Assembly (NCBI GenBank): GCA_964016885.1
Contig: OZ024761.1
Span: 25,854,001-25,918,000, forward strand
Direction of reading: 5' to 3'
DNA from: Eledone cirrhosa
Taxonomy: Eukaryota
Length of the DNA: 64,000 bases
Below, one piece after another: positions 1-12,512 of this stretch. Position numbers and translations under genes: made by a program. Position 1 is the stretch's first letter, and the number at the start of each line of letters is the position of its first letter. The notes below the pieces were generated by a model. That model did no database searches. It saw only the letters and a program-made list of their open reading frames with translations, and was not told the origin of the DNA.

Positions 1-27
1 ATATATATATAGATTATTATAGATTAT

Positions 28-74
<47 letters not shown>

Positions 75-159
75 TTATTATAGATTATTATTATTACTCT
101 TTTTCCATTTCTAATTACCTCATGTACTTTCTCCTCCGCTATATATATATATATATATA

Positions 160-507
160 TTGTATGCCCTTTGTGTTTGTGTAGCCTCTGCACACCCTCT
201 GCACCATACTATCGACGCCACCCCATCTATGGTTCAGCTAACCACTCGACTCCCGGGAATGAATATGACCGCAGCTAGTAAACAAGGACCCATACCCCAC
301 CCTCCCGCACCAAAATTAGACTTATCGTCCCCTACTTTTGCTCTTTACTCTCTTTACTATTTGTTCTTGAATGTTTGGTTGGTAGTGTCCATAACACCAA
401 TCAAACCCCTTTTATAGCTCTGACGAATCCTACGGTTACGTAAGGAAGAAACATTGTAAGCCAATAAAAAGCTTTCGATGTTGTAGACGCTCTTGTGTTC
501 TTTATCA
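160..507 (+). mobile_element. Penelope-like element 3' fragment inserted in (TA)n
   Basis: TA repeats on both sides. Reading frame ...QLTTRLPGMN resembles the L.T..P.GLN end of PLE GIY-YIG domains. HHR motif at 417-461, then AATAAA at 463-468. Confidence 0.6.
417..461 (+). ncRNA. Minimal type I hammerhead ribozyme
   Basis: gct-CTGACGA-a-tcctacg(gtta)cgtaagga-a-GAAAC-att-GTA-agc: canonical core, stem II with one bulge, 2-bp stem III, 3-bp stem I. Confidence 0.75.
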
Positions 508-594
508 TATACATATATATATATATCCATGTTGACACATATACAAAATGCATGCCTGACTGATTTCTATCGGGTAGTTATGTAGATAGGTGGT

Positions 595-1190
595 TGTCAA
601 ACTGGTGACCTTTGTAAATGTATGTTATATTTTGGTTTTGTATGGCCACGTGCCTGTGTAAGTAATATTTTCAAACAGGATCTGACACCTACCACAAAGG
701 GGCACGTACAGAGAGAGAGAGAGGGGGTGAGAAAGAGAGAAAGAACGACAGAGAGAGATAGAGTTTGTACACCATTTTCGAGAACGTGCGTTTCACCTAT
801 CGAATTTTCAACCCGAGTGAGGTTGTTCTGAGACCGGAAGTGTATATTGGCATATGATAGTACACGAGTTTATATAATATATTGACCTCTAAAATATTCA
901 GTTACTGCTGTCAGTAAGTGTATTGAATGTAATGTATAGTTTTACTATTGTATCCTTGTCTTGTCTTGTCTTGTCTTGTCTTACACCTGAACATCTCTTA
1001 AAAGTGTGATTAAGTATCGTTGTTCTAGTTCGTTTTCCTTTTATTTATATGCTATACTATTCTGAGTTGTCTAATCGTGTTTCAGAGTATTTATGGTGTC
1101 GAGCCGAAATTGTTTACTATCAAAACACAGCTTATTTTCTAGAGAAAAATAATATGTTGGCCGCTGTCAGTAAACACAGTTTTATTGACA
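595..1190. mobile_element. Possible solo LTR or TIR element
   Basis: Ends tgtcaa(actg)...(cagtttta)ttgaca, i.e. TG..CA inverted termini; no clean TSD seen. Confidence 0.3.
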
Positions 1191-1194
1191 CATG

Positions 1195-2065
1195 GCAAAA
1201 GTCTACCACGCTCTCACTATCTAACCCACTTCATCGAGACCAGAAACAACATTGCCCCTCTCGTTAGAAAGTCCGTGCAATTGGCACGCGAGATAGAAGT
1301 CTGTCGTGCTCTCGGCATCCGGCCCAATTTATCGAGCCAAGGAGCAAGCGTGCCTCTCTCAGTACACAGCCCTTGATATTGGCACGAGACTGTTATGCGT
1401 CGCTCTAAGCATCCAGCCCACTTTATGGAGACCAGGAAGAAGCGTGCCTCGGTCGGTACAGATGTGCAGTTTACTGAGAAAAGCATGCGACAAATATGTG
1501 TCGCCTTCTGCACGCACCCCAATTTATCGACACTAGATAGGTGTGTGGAGCTCTCACATCCACCCCATTATATCAAGAAAAGCCACAAGTGTACCTCTCT
1601 CAGCAATCAGGCCTTGATTTCAGGTCTGCCACAGAAATATGCCACTCTGAGCACACATCCCACTTTATGGACATCAGACAGAATTGTGCCGCTCTTAGCC
1701 TCAACCCCACTATATCAAGATGCAGCACAACTCTGCCGCTCTCAGTTTTATCAACGCGAGTACAAAAGTGTGCGGCTCTCCACACACAGCTCATTTTATT
1801 GAGACAGAAGTGGCTCTCTATCAGAAGACAGCCCACTTTAGCGAAACAAGGCACAATTGTGCCGCTCTCAGTACACAACGCGAGAAATAATGTGTGCCTT
1901 TCTCATCACACAACACACCTTATGGAAACAAAGTCCAGGAGTGCCAACCTTATTTTAAAGCCAAATATATTGAGGCGAGGAAAAAGTGTGCCTCCTTCTG
2001 TACAGACACCGCTTTCATAGAGCCGATACGTAAGAGACTTTCTTTCAGTACACAACCAGCTGTAA
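1195..2065. repeat. Degenerate ~45-47 bp minisatellite
   Basis: Recurring gccgctctcagtacaca...cccactttatcgagac...aagtgt units; explains the overlapping ORFs here. Confidence 0.75.
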
Positions 2066-3404
2066 TGATGTAAGTTTAACTGAACTATGAATGTAAACGC
2101 ACGAGACCAAGTGGTTAGATTGGTAGAATAGTGGTCATAAAATCGTTGTGTTGGTTTCTAGAGAGGGTAGCAAATTAGTTGGTCGGGAAAAATATTCATC
2201 TAACGTGCTGTATCTCCCTCTGCCAAGAGTTGCTTCCAGCATATAATGGAAACAATGGAATGATTAACAGATACAACGTTTCTTTCTTCCGATATGAAAA
2301 TCGGCTAATTTCTTTCCCTTGTCATCGAAAACCTGCAAGGCCTATATGTTTAGTATCTCTATTTAGAGTGCGGCCATTATGAAAAGAGTATTTTGAAATA
2401 TATTATGTATAGCGACAGTAATTACCTCCTCCTGAATATCTGTGAGAATTACATCAATGATACACGTGTCTCTGAAACACTCAGTGACATATAGTTTAAG
2501 GTAACATGTAGGCCGATGCTTTGACCGGGCAACAGAAACGTTCTTCGCCGAAACTTACTAAGGACCGTTTATCTCCGATTCCTAGTAATTAAATCGCAGC
2601 CATGTTGCCTACGGCGTCTGGAGATTTACTCGAGCATATATATCTAAAACTATCGGTCTTTTACTATATTGTACATATATATATATACTTACAGTGAGTG
2701 TGTGTGTGCGTGTGTATCGACATACCACTTTTTCCCTGCATAGATATAGTTATCAAATTGCAAAGTGTAGAAAATAACCTAGGTAGACGTGGGCTGGATT
2801 TTAATCAGAATCAGAGAATATAGAAAGTAGCGTGAGAAAAACTAAATAATGTAATAATGTACACTCTTTAGTCTACGATTCTAAACCTTTTTTCCTCCCC
2901 CCCAATTCTGAAACTATTCATGGATATAAAATGAAAAATATAAATGAAAAAAAATAACGAAAAAAAATAATAGGAAAAATATATCGAATATTAAAAATAT
3001 TGTATTAGGAAATTTCTAGAGAATTTGATAACAAGAATCTATAATGAGAACGGAAATCAAAAATTTATCAACGCAATAGTAGAAATAAAGTATTGACAAG
3101 ATATAAGATATAGAAAAAAAAAAGGATAAGATAGGGTGGAGAGAGAAAGAAAGGACAAGTATATGATTATCAATTCTCGGTTCAAATTGTAGTAAGTTAC
3201 TATAGGAAAACGAAATCCGTAGGGGTTTTTCTTTTATCAAAAGTTATTGATCTACGATTGAAAGGATTCAAGCGATCACAATATAACGTTGTCCGTGGGG
3301 AAAATTGGTCAATTCGCTTATATTTCGAGATGCTGAGATTCTCGAACGTTGCACGCACTTAGACAAATACATTATAGACTTGGACACATACACGAGAGTG
3401 ATAT

Positions 3405-3454
3405 ACACATACACACACACTGTCACGAATATATATATATACACACGCACACAA

Positions 3455-3485
<31 letters not shown>

Positions 3486-3824
3486 GATAGATATACATAC
3501 ATATATAGACACACACGCATATATATATATACACACACATATACACATATATACACACATATACACACACACACACTCATACACACATAAATATATATAT
3601 ATATATATATATATACATATTACGTATGTTTGTATGTGTGACAATGGGTGTATATAGGAATTTATGATCGCGTGCAAATTTATATGCACAAGTAAATGCG
3701 TGAATCAATTATATACAGATGCTGATAATCTATACATATACAATTATAAAAGTATATATATATATATATACATTCCTTATCTCACTCACACACATATATA
3801 TATATGTACATACATATATATATA

Positions 3825-3872
<48 letters not shown>

Positions 3873-4281
3873 TGCAACTGAGTATGAATATGTGTGAATA
3901 TGTTTACGTGCACATATAAAATTGCCTATAGACCAATCTCCTCTATTTAGGTATGGTGTACTCTCAGTATATATATGTGTGTGATTTATATATAAATATA
4001 TACATGTGTGTATATATGTATATATATATATATATATATATAATGTATATATATATACACGTGTGTATATATGTACGTATATATATATATATATAATGTA
4101 TATATATATACACGTGTGTATATATGTACGTATATATATATATATATAATGTATATATATATACATGTGTGTATATATGTACGTATATATATATATAAAT
4201 ATATATATATACATGTGTGTATATATGTACGTATATATATAAATATATATATATATATATACATGTGTGTATATATGTACG

Positions 4282-4313
<32 letters not shown>

Positions 4314-4316
4314 AAT

Positions 4317-4351
<35 letters not shown>

Positions 4352-4480
4352 CATACATGTGTGTATGTATATATATATATATACATATATGTATATATGT
4401 ATGTATATAGATATATATGTATATAGATATATATGTATATAGATATATACATGTATGCATACATATTAGATTTATATAAC
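3405..4480. repeat. (TA)n/(CA)n-derived microsatellites with ~45-bp higher-order units
   Basis: Repeated acatgtgtgtatatatgtacgtatata. Confidence 0.9.
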
Positions 4481-5044
4481 ACGTGAGTGCCTCTGTGTGT
4501 GCGTGTGTCTTGTCATGTGTGCGTGTGTCTTGTCAGGTGTGTGTAGTCTTGTCAGGTGTGTGTGTTTATGTCGGTCCATTGTGAGTTCATGTGTCAATCA
4601 TCACGTTTACTAAGCTGTAGTCAAATTTCAGATTTCTCTTTCTCTCCAATCATTCCTTCAACTTTCCTTTCTTACTCCCAGCTTCTCTCTTCTACTCACT
4701 CTCAGTCTCTCACCTCTATCTCTCTTTTTCCCTCTCTATATCTCCTTTCCATCTCTCTTTCTCCCTCTCTATCTCTCCTCTCCATCTCTCTTTCTCCCTC
4801 TCTATCTATACACTGTCTCTTCAGCCTCCTCTCTCTGTTGCTCTCCTCCCATTAATAGCTTTCTTCTTATTGACTATGGAAGTGGGAAAAGCAAATGACG
4901 TATTGTATAAAATGAATACAACGATAATTCGATACGACAGTGTGACACTGTGTTAGCATTTATCTGACCAACACGTAATTGATAATGCTTGTGACCTTCA
5001 GATAACCTTTAATGTACAACGACCTTCAAATATTTGAGCGAATC

Positions 5045-5084
<40 letters not shown>

Positions 5085-5246
5085 TACTACTACTATTACA
5101 GAGGTCCGACAAGCATTTTGATTCTTGAGTCCGGCCAGATCGATACAGATCGAACCTTGAGCTGATCAGTAGCCAAACCCGCGTCACCAACCAATAAACG
5201 TAATGAAGTAGTAACCATTCGTCCTTGTATTATAATTATATATAAG

Positions 5247-5437
5247 GGCGATTAATTGGTATTGTCGGTGGCGAGTCGGACGCCACGCTTTCCAGCATAG
5301 TTACGCCCCTTTACGGTCTGAGTTCAAACCCTGTCAAGTTTAATTTGCCTTTCATTATTACGGGATTGATAAAATAAAGTACCTGTAATGCACTGGATAA
5401 TTGCTGGCCTTGTGCCAAAACTAGAAACAATTATTAT
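5247..5437 (+). mobile_element. SINE family A (tRNA head, Deu/Nin-like body)
   Basis: Homologous to 23043-23231; gagttcaaaccc B-box; ataaaataaagtacc body; att tail. Confidence 0.8.
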
Positions 5438-5519
5438 TATATATATATATAACAAATTACAAAATATGAGTAAATAATAGGCATATATTTGCCTATTATT
5501 TACCTATAATTTCTTCAAA

Positions 5520-5612
5520 GTCCCGACTTCAGTTTCGCTGATCCGTGTGCAACGGTTTATACATTATAAAAATGCATCATTGGAGCGAGCTTGATACAGC
5601 TTATCAAGAGAC
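5520..5612 (-). ncRNA. Type I hammerhead ribozyme, U3-A8 variant
   Basis: Minus strand: gtctc-TTGATAA-gctg...cagc-GAAAC-tgaa-GTC-gggac; 5-bp stem I, long loop 2; inside a TA-flanked element at ~5451-5735. Confidence 0.65.
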
Positions 5613-5734
5613 CCCTCTCAGAAAACTGGACTATCTATTGACGCGTTCGTAGCAAGTGAGAATATCTCGAGAGGCGGGGGGAATGAATTAACACGTGATA
5701 CAGTGGTCAAAAATAGGTCTTTCGTGCGCAGTAA

Positions 5735-5772
<38 letters not shown>

Positions 5773-6406
5773 CTAAATAAGTAAATAGAAATATATATAT
5801 ATCATTAAATAGGTAAATGTAAAATCAGTGCAAGGTTTCCTAAATGTTCTACATATTAAAGTGAGACAGACAGACAAAGAAAAAAAAGAAAATATGAGTG
5901 TGTGTGTGTGCGTGTGTATGCGCTGAGAATATCAATGTAAATACATTTACATGTGCGTACATAACAGGTAAAGCAGATTGTAAATTAATATGATATATAC
6001 ATACATGTGGGTCCGTGCGTGTATGCTGATGTAATCAATGCAAATGAAACGGGGAAAGATTAGATAGGAATCCCACATTGTATCTGAAAATGAAGTCAAC
6101 TCAACATAAAGCGTTGTTCAATCATCTGAGATTAACTTGAATCTGTAATGTATGTATGTATATATATATGTATGTATATAATTATGTATGTATGTATGAA
6201 TGTAAGTATGTATACACGGGTGTGTGTGTGTGTATGTATGAATGGATGTATTTATGTATGTGTATGTATAAATGTATTTATGTGGATTATATATGTTTGT
6301 ATATGTTTATATGTATTGTATGTAAATATACATTCATACATATAGATAAATATGCATTTATACATGGATAAACGAAAGTATGTGTGTACTTATGTGTGTG
6401 TGGATG

Positions 6407-6468
<62 letters not shown>

Positions 6469-6684
6469 GTATAATAAACCATACAATATAATTACCTCAT
6501 TACCAGAGGTTTCCCGAATAAGACGAATACGAAAAACGTCCTCATTCGTTCATCGGACAAGGCAATTTAAAACATATTGAAATATTTTAAATTGCCTTGT
6601 CCGATGAACGAATGAGGACGTTTTTCGTATTCGTCTTATTCGGGAAACCTCTGGTAATGAGGTATATTGTATTGTTTATTATAC
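6469..6684. mobile_element. Palindromic PLE-like fragment with mirrored HHR copies
   Basis: ~100-bp inverted arms (6469-6572 / 6585-6684), TA-flanked. Confidence 0.75.
6595..6662 (+). ncRNA. Type I hammerhead-like motif (U4C variant)
   Basis: ccttgt-CCGATGA-long stem II-GAAACC-tct-GGTA-atgagg; 6-bp stem I including G-U pairs. Mirror copy on minus strand at 6495-6562. Confidence 0.6.
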
Positions 6685-6788
6685 TTTAAATTTAGCTCTG
6701 GTACTTACATAAAGCACTCTTCACTCCTATGACTTTTTCAATGGAAACATCAATACATATATATATATATATATATATATGGAAGGAA

Positions 6789-6997
6789 CGATCGACATTC
6801 GTCAAATCGGACCGAGGGAACAATGTTTCCGTTGGTCTTTCCAATTACTAATACTACCTATCGGTCGCAACTCCGGGTAGAAGGAGCAACGTGAAATAAA
6901 GTGTCTTCCTCAACGACATAACGCATCGCCTGGTCCATGAATTGAACTCACAACCTTACGATTGCGAATCCAATTCTCTAACCACTCGGCCACACGG
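6789..6997 (-). mobile_element. SINE family B (tRNA-derived, CORE-like)
   Basis: Six homologous copies in the window; minus strand has gagtggttagag A-box and gagttcaattc B-box, and the family carries gtccttgggcaagacactt, resembling the CORE domain. Confidence 0.85.
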
Positions 6998-7006
6998 CTT
7001 GACTTC

Positions 7007-7053
<47 letters not shown>

Positions 7054-7441
7054 CGTGAGCAGTATCTATGAATACAGAGATATAAGTGAAGGGAAATACC
7101 CAGTGAGTGAGTGAGTGAGTGGGAGAGCGAGAGAGATAGAGAGATAGAGAGTGAGAGAGTGAGTAAGAGTGAGTGAGAGTTTAAATGGTGAACATGTATA
7201 TTGAATACTAATTTAACCACTAAGCCATCAATTTGATAAGGGTTGGATTGTTTCAATTATTTTGACATAAGTATTTGAATACTGATTCATTTTATTGACC
7301 CACCAAAATCTAAAAAAAGCAATGATGACCTGTGGGGTTTGAACTCATAAAGAAATGTAAATAAACTACTTTATCTAACACAAGCAATTCTCCTAAACAT
7401 TGAACACATACAGTATTGAAGTGAACAGATCCTGAACACCA

Positions 7442-7755
7442 GTGTGGTGTGGTGTGGTGTGGTGTGGTGTGGTGTGGTGTGGTGTGGTGTGGTGTGGTGT
7501 GGTGTGGTGTGGTGTGGTGTGGTGTGGTGTGGTGTGGTGGGGTGTGGTGGGGTGTGGTGGGGTGTGGTGGGGTGTGGTGTGGTGGGGTGCGGTGGGGTGG
7601 GTGGGGTGGGGTGGGGTGGGGTCGGGTGGGGTGGGGTGTGGTGCGGTGCGGTGCGGTGCGGTGCGGTGCGGTGCGGTGCGGTGCGGTGCGGTGCGGTGCG
7701 GTGCGGTGCGGTGTGGTGTGGTGTGGTGTGTGTGTGGTGTGTGTGGTGTGTGTGT

Positions 7756-7830
<75 letters not shown>
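7442..7830. repeat. (GTGTG)n/(GGTGC)n/(GT)n simple repeat
   Basis: Direct reading. Confidence 0.95.
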
Positions 7831-7834
<4 letters not shown>

Positions 7835-7914
7835 ACAGAAACGAAAACCAACCAAACAATGAGCGTGTTCTGTTATTATTTCTGGCAATATTATTACAAC
7901 AATATATATATAAC

Positions 7915-8128
7915 AGTTGATCAACTTTCGTTAAATCGGACCGAGGAAACAATGTTCCCGTTGGTCTTTTCAATTGCTAATACTTTCTATCGGTCACAAC
8001 TCCAGGTAGAAGCAGCAACATGAAATAAAGTGTCTTGCCGAAGGAAACACATTGCCCAGCCCAGCAATCGAACTAACATCACAACCTCATCGTTGACAGT
8101 CCACTTCTATAACCATTCAGCCTCGCCT
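7915..8128 (-). mobile_element. SINE family B copy
   Basis: aaatcggaccgaggaaacaatgtt...tcggtcacaactccaggtagaag homology. Confidence 0.85.
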
Positions 8129-8214
8129 TCACGTACATACCCACATATATATATGTATGTACGTGTGCGCGTTTGTGCATAGAACAGTAGTCAGACGTGG
8201 GTATTTAGTTCATT

Positions 8215-8249
<35 letters not shown>

Positions 8250-8404
8250 CACACACATATATACACTTACATACATATTTGCCGAAACTATTTCAACATG
8301 GATGCTAATACATAAGCTCAAATAAATAAAACGTACATAAAAATAAAGAAAAGATGAAGCAAAAAGAAGAAAGACAATTTTCAGGCTTCATCAACGAAAC
8401 TACG

Positions 8405-9600
8405 ATTGGTCATTGTTTACTGTTTGTTATCGACAACGGCAGCCATTTTGTTATTGGTTAATACTGTAGTTATTTTTGTTATAGATGTTATTGTTGGTGA
8501 TGTCGGACGGGATATTGTTGTTGTTGCTGCTGCTGCTGATATTATAGCTGTTATGGTTGTTACTGTTGTTGATGTTGATCTCATTACCGTTGTTGTTGTT
8601 GTTACCGTTGTTGTTGATGTTGGTTGTGAAGTTATTTTTTTTTTTTTGTTATGTTTGTTGGTGTATGTGGTGATGCGGTACAGATTATTGTTATTGTTGT
8701 TGTCGATGATGATGCTACTGATGATGTAGCTGTTATGGTTGTTACCGTTGTGGAAGATGATCCTGTTACTGTCGTAGATGTTGGTGGTGGTGGTGGTGGT
8801 GAAGTTATGTTTGTTATTGTTGTATTAGTTGTTGGTGATGTGGTACATGATATTGCTGCTGTTGTTGTAGATGTTTATCTAGTTACAGTTGATGTAGTTG
8901 TTATTGTTGCTACAGTTGTAGATGTTAGCGCTGTTGTAGTTGCTGTTGGTGGTGAAATTATTTTTGTTATTTGTGTTGTAGTTGTTGGTGCGGATGTTGT
9001 ATGTGATATTGTTGTTTGTGTTGTTGTTGTTGTTGTTGTTGTGAATGATCTTTTTGCTGATGGTGTAGTAGTTATGGTTGTTACCGTTGTTGATGTAGTT
9101 GATATTGTTGCTACAGTTGTAAATGTTGTTAGCGCTGTTGTAGTTGTTGTTGGTGGTGAAATTATTGTTGTTATCGTTGTTGTAGTTTTTGTAGATGTTA
9201 TATTTGTTGTTATGGTTGTTGTATTTGAAGTAGATGTTGTTGGTGGTGGGGATGATCATGTAGTTGTTAATTTTGTTACTTTTTTTCTGATTATTAAAGA
9301 TTTGTTGGTGTTGATGTAGTTGCTATTTTTGTTGTTATCGTCGTTGTTATTGCTGTTATTGTTGTTATCGTCGTTATTATTGTCGTTGTTATTCTTTTAT
9401 TCTTCTGTTGTTATTGTTGCTATTCTTGTTCTTGTTATCTTGTTATTCTTCTTGTTTTTCTTGTCATTATTGTTGTTTTTATTATTGTTGTTATTCTTGT
9501 TATCCTTGTTGCTGTTACTGTTGTTGTTATTATCGTTGTGGTAGTTGCAGTTTTTAGTGTTGTGGTAACTGTTATTGTATTTGTGATTGTGTTATTATTA
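8405..9600. repeat. Degenerate (GTT)n trinucleotide tract
   Basis: Produces poly-Val/Leu/Asn pseudo-ORFs. Confidence 0.9.
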
Positions 9601-9912
9601 TTTCTGTTTCAAATCGATTGTCCTCATCGTTATACAGTACGCTCTGATCGAGATAAATTTGTCGTTTTTTTCTTTTATTTCAATCAATCAATATTTCTTA
9701 TGACAATATATCGATTAGACAATTGATTCACAGTTCTTTTTCTCTGTTTCAAAATATTTCCCTTCACAAAGAAAAAATAATATACAATCCATCTGCAATA
9801 GATTTCAATTTTTGGTTTGGTCTGTGTATTTGTTTACAAATTTTATACATACATACACACATACAAATATAATTATGTATATATCTGTGTGTATGTGTAT
9901 ACATATATGTGC

Positions 9913-9953
<41 letters not shown>

Positions 9954-10179
9954 GTATATATATAATTATATCATATATATACATATATCTATACACATAC
10001 AGACACACACACACACACAAATATGAGTGAGTGTAAACATATATATATGTGTGTATATATATATATATATATAATATGCATATATAAATATATATACATA
10101 TACATATGTATATATATGTATATATATATATATATATACACATATACATATGTATATATATATATATATACACATATAC

Positions 10180-10220
<41 letters not shown>

Positions 10221-10393
10221 TATACACATATATATACACACATATATATACATATGTATATTATATACATATATGTCATATATATATATATATATATATA
10301 TATCATATATATATTTATGCATATTTTTTTTAATTCCGCTATCTATTTTCTTATACATTTAGTTTCGCTATACACACACACACGCACACACAC

Positions 10394-10428
<35 letters not shown>

Positions 10429-11056
10429 CATATGCCTGTGTGGATGTGTGTTCATGGTGTGCGTGTGTGTATACATATATATTTTTATAAACCTTACATT
10501 CATCAATTTGAAATGCCAACGTTATATTTATTTTAAATTCATATTTTGCCGTCCAATTTTTGTTTTAGGAATGGGTTTTCTGAAATTTCTATAATTTTAT
10601 GGTTTATGTATATTCCATTCTTTGTATTCATGTCGTTTGTAGAAAACAACCATATAATTATTACACACTGATAAAAGGATGGTAGGACGTCTGGTGCATT
10701 ATTTGAAATGAATATGTGTATGTGTGTGTGTGTATGTATATATATATATATATATATATGTGTGCGTGTGTGTGCGTGTGTTTGTCTGTATGTTCGTATA
10801 TTTGTACATATATATTCGAGAGAGAGAGAGAGAGAGAGAGAGAGATGTTTCTTATAGGTAGATAGATATAAACATAACGCATCTATATACAGACATATAT
10901 TCACATACACGGGCACCCACCGGTTGATATATATATATTAATATATATAAATATATATACCAAGATACTAAATTCAAGATAATAATATCCAGCGAATTTT
11001 CGGACCGTTAAGGTGTGATTTCCATGGGTATGTCATTATTTTTAAAACAAATTTTG

Positions 11057-11243
11057 TATTTTATCTGATGAAAGCGCACCAAGATTTGCTTGGTCGCCCT
11101 TGGAATATATATAATTGTTTCTAATTTAGGCACAAGGCCAGCAATTATCCAGTGCATTACTGGTACTTTATTTTATCGACCCTGTAAGGATGAAAGGCAA
11201 AGTCAACCTCGGCGGGATTTGAACTCATATATATAATAAAATA
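11057..11243 (+). ncRNA. Hammerhead-like motif interrupted by a SINE
   Basis: After removing the SINE and one TSD: tattttat-CTGATGA-stem II (accaag/cttggt)-GGAA-TATAT-ATA-ataaaata; 8-bp stem I. Paralog at 32041-32110 has GAAA. Confidence 0.6.
11116..11226 (-). mobile_element. 5'-truncated SINE family A with 11-bp TSD
   Basis: TSD atatatataat at 11105-11115 and 11227-11237. Confidence 0.85.
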
Positions 11244-11406
11244 AATATGGTTTTATAAATATAGTTTCCATTTATTGTTATCTTGGAATATTTACTCCAG
11301 TAAATTGTTGAGTGCTCTATAACAGTTATAAACATTTATGTTTGTCGGAATTCCAACAAATTAAATACAACTCCTACATTATATATATATATATATATAT
11401 ATATAT

Positions 11407-11604
11407 CTAAGGCGGGTAAAATTCCCGAGATCCATGGACGAGTTCTCTCCAGCGGTCTCTGTCCCTCATTATCGCTGCCATATCCTGCATCTCCAACAGA
11501 CCAGTGTCTGTCCTTAGGGCATCAACATATGTTAACCTTGGTCTTCCTCTTCTAGTGTGTCCATGTAGGGGCTCCCAAAGGAGCACTGAGTGCAATGTCA
11601 ACAC
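11407..11604 (-). mobile_element. RTE-clade LINE 3' end fragment
   Basis: Translation LLWEPLHGHTRRGRPRLTYVDAL...[11 protein letters not shown] is a typical RTE C-terminus; stop codon abuts (TA)n. Confidence 0.85.
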
Positions 11605-12361
11605 TAACTGTTTAAATTATGTTCTGCTCAGAACGCCATATCATTCCTTTTATCTTTACCTTTATATTCTGATGTCCATCTAGATTCAGCCATATTGGTA
11701 TTTCATATATCCCCACCAACACCACAGCACCACCATCGCTCAAAGCGTTATACAATAAAAACAACAAAAATATTGGTGCTGATTCAAATTGTAACTATTA
11801 CGCCTCCTTAAATATTATGGCGAAATGTGTGGATTCGAGCCAACATAACGGTATACATATATACATACCTCTACCCTCGTAGGTTTAAAGTTTAAACGAC
11901 ACCTCTTTCTCTGATCTGCCCTTCACATCTCATCAACTACTGCCACTCATCTACGCGACCTCAGTGAAATATTCACACACATACATCCAAATAACTCTAA
12001 CACACTTATTAATAAACAAAGACATACATACTTCAGCACATAGAGGTTTTGTGTGTTGGTTACCTTGGAAACTGTAACTGAGTTTCTTTCATTTCAAAAT
12101 TACATAGTCCACCCTGAAGTTACATGTCGTTCTAACGAAATCTTTTATCACCAGTTCCCCTTTTATATCAGTTACGTACACTGTAAATCACAATCATATA
12201 AAATGCTTTATGGTCCCGCACATTCTAATGGACTCGCAGAGGTGCCGTATTGTTCCTGGCGGTGCCCATTCTTCTCCAGGTTTGACTACAACATAGTTCA
12301 TCCAGACAAGCATTAAAGAGTGAAAGACAGAGAAAGAGAGAAGTAGATATAGAAGAAAATC

Positions 12362-12512
12362 CGGTCCAGTACTACACGTTTAGTCTTTTATCGACCTCCA
12401 ATGAATAAAAGGCAAAATTGAGCTCGGCGGCATTTGAACAGAGTCAACGACCCGAAACCAAATGACGCAAAACATTCTATCTGACGTTCTAACGTCTCTG
12501 CCAATTCTCCTC
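12362..12512 (-). mobile_element. Diverged SINE family A-related copy
   Basis: tttatcgac...aaaggcaaa...ctcggcggcatttgaac; similar to 36122-36275. Confidence 0.65.

Noticed and set aside
8406-9726. Hydrophobic membrane-protein-like ORFs
   Set aside because: (GTT)n degenerate microsatellite.
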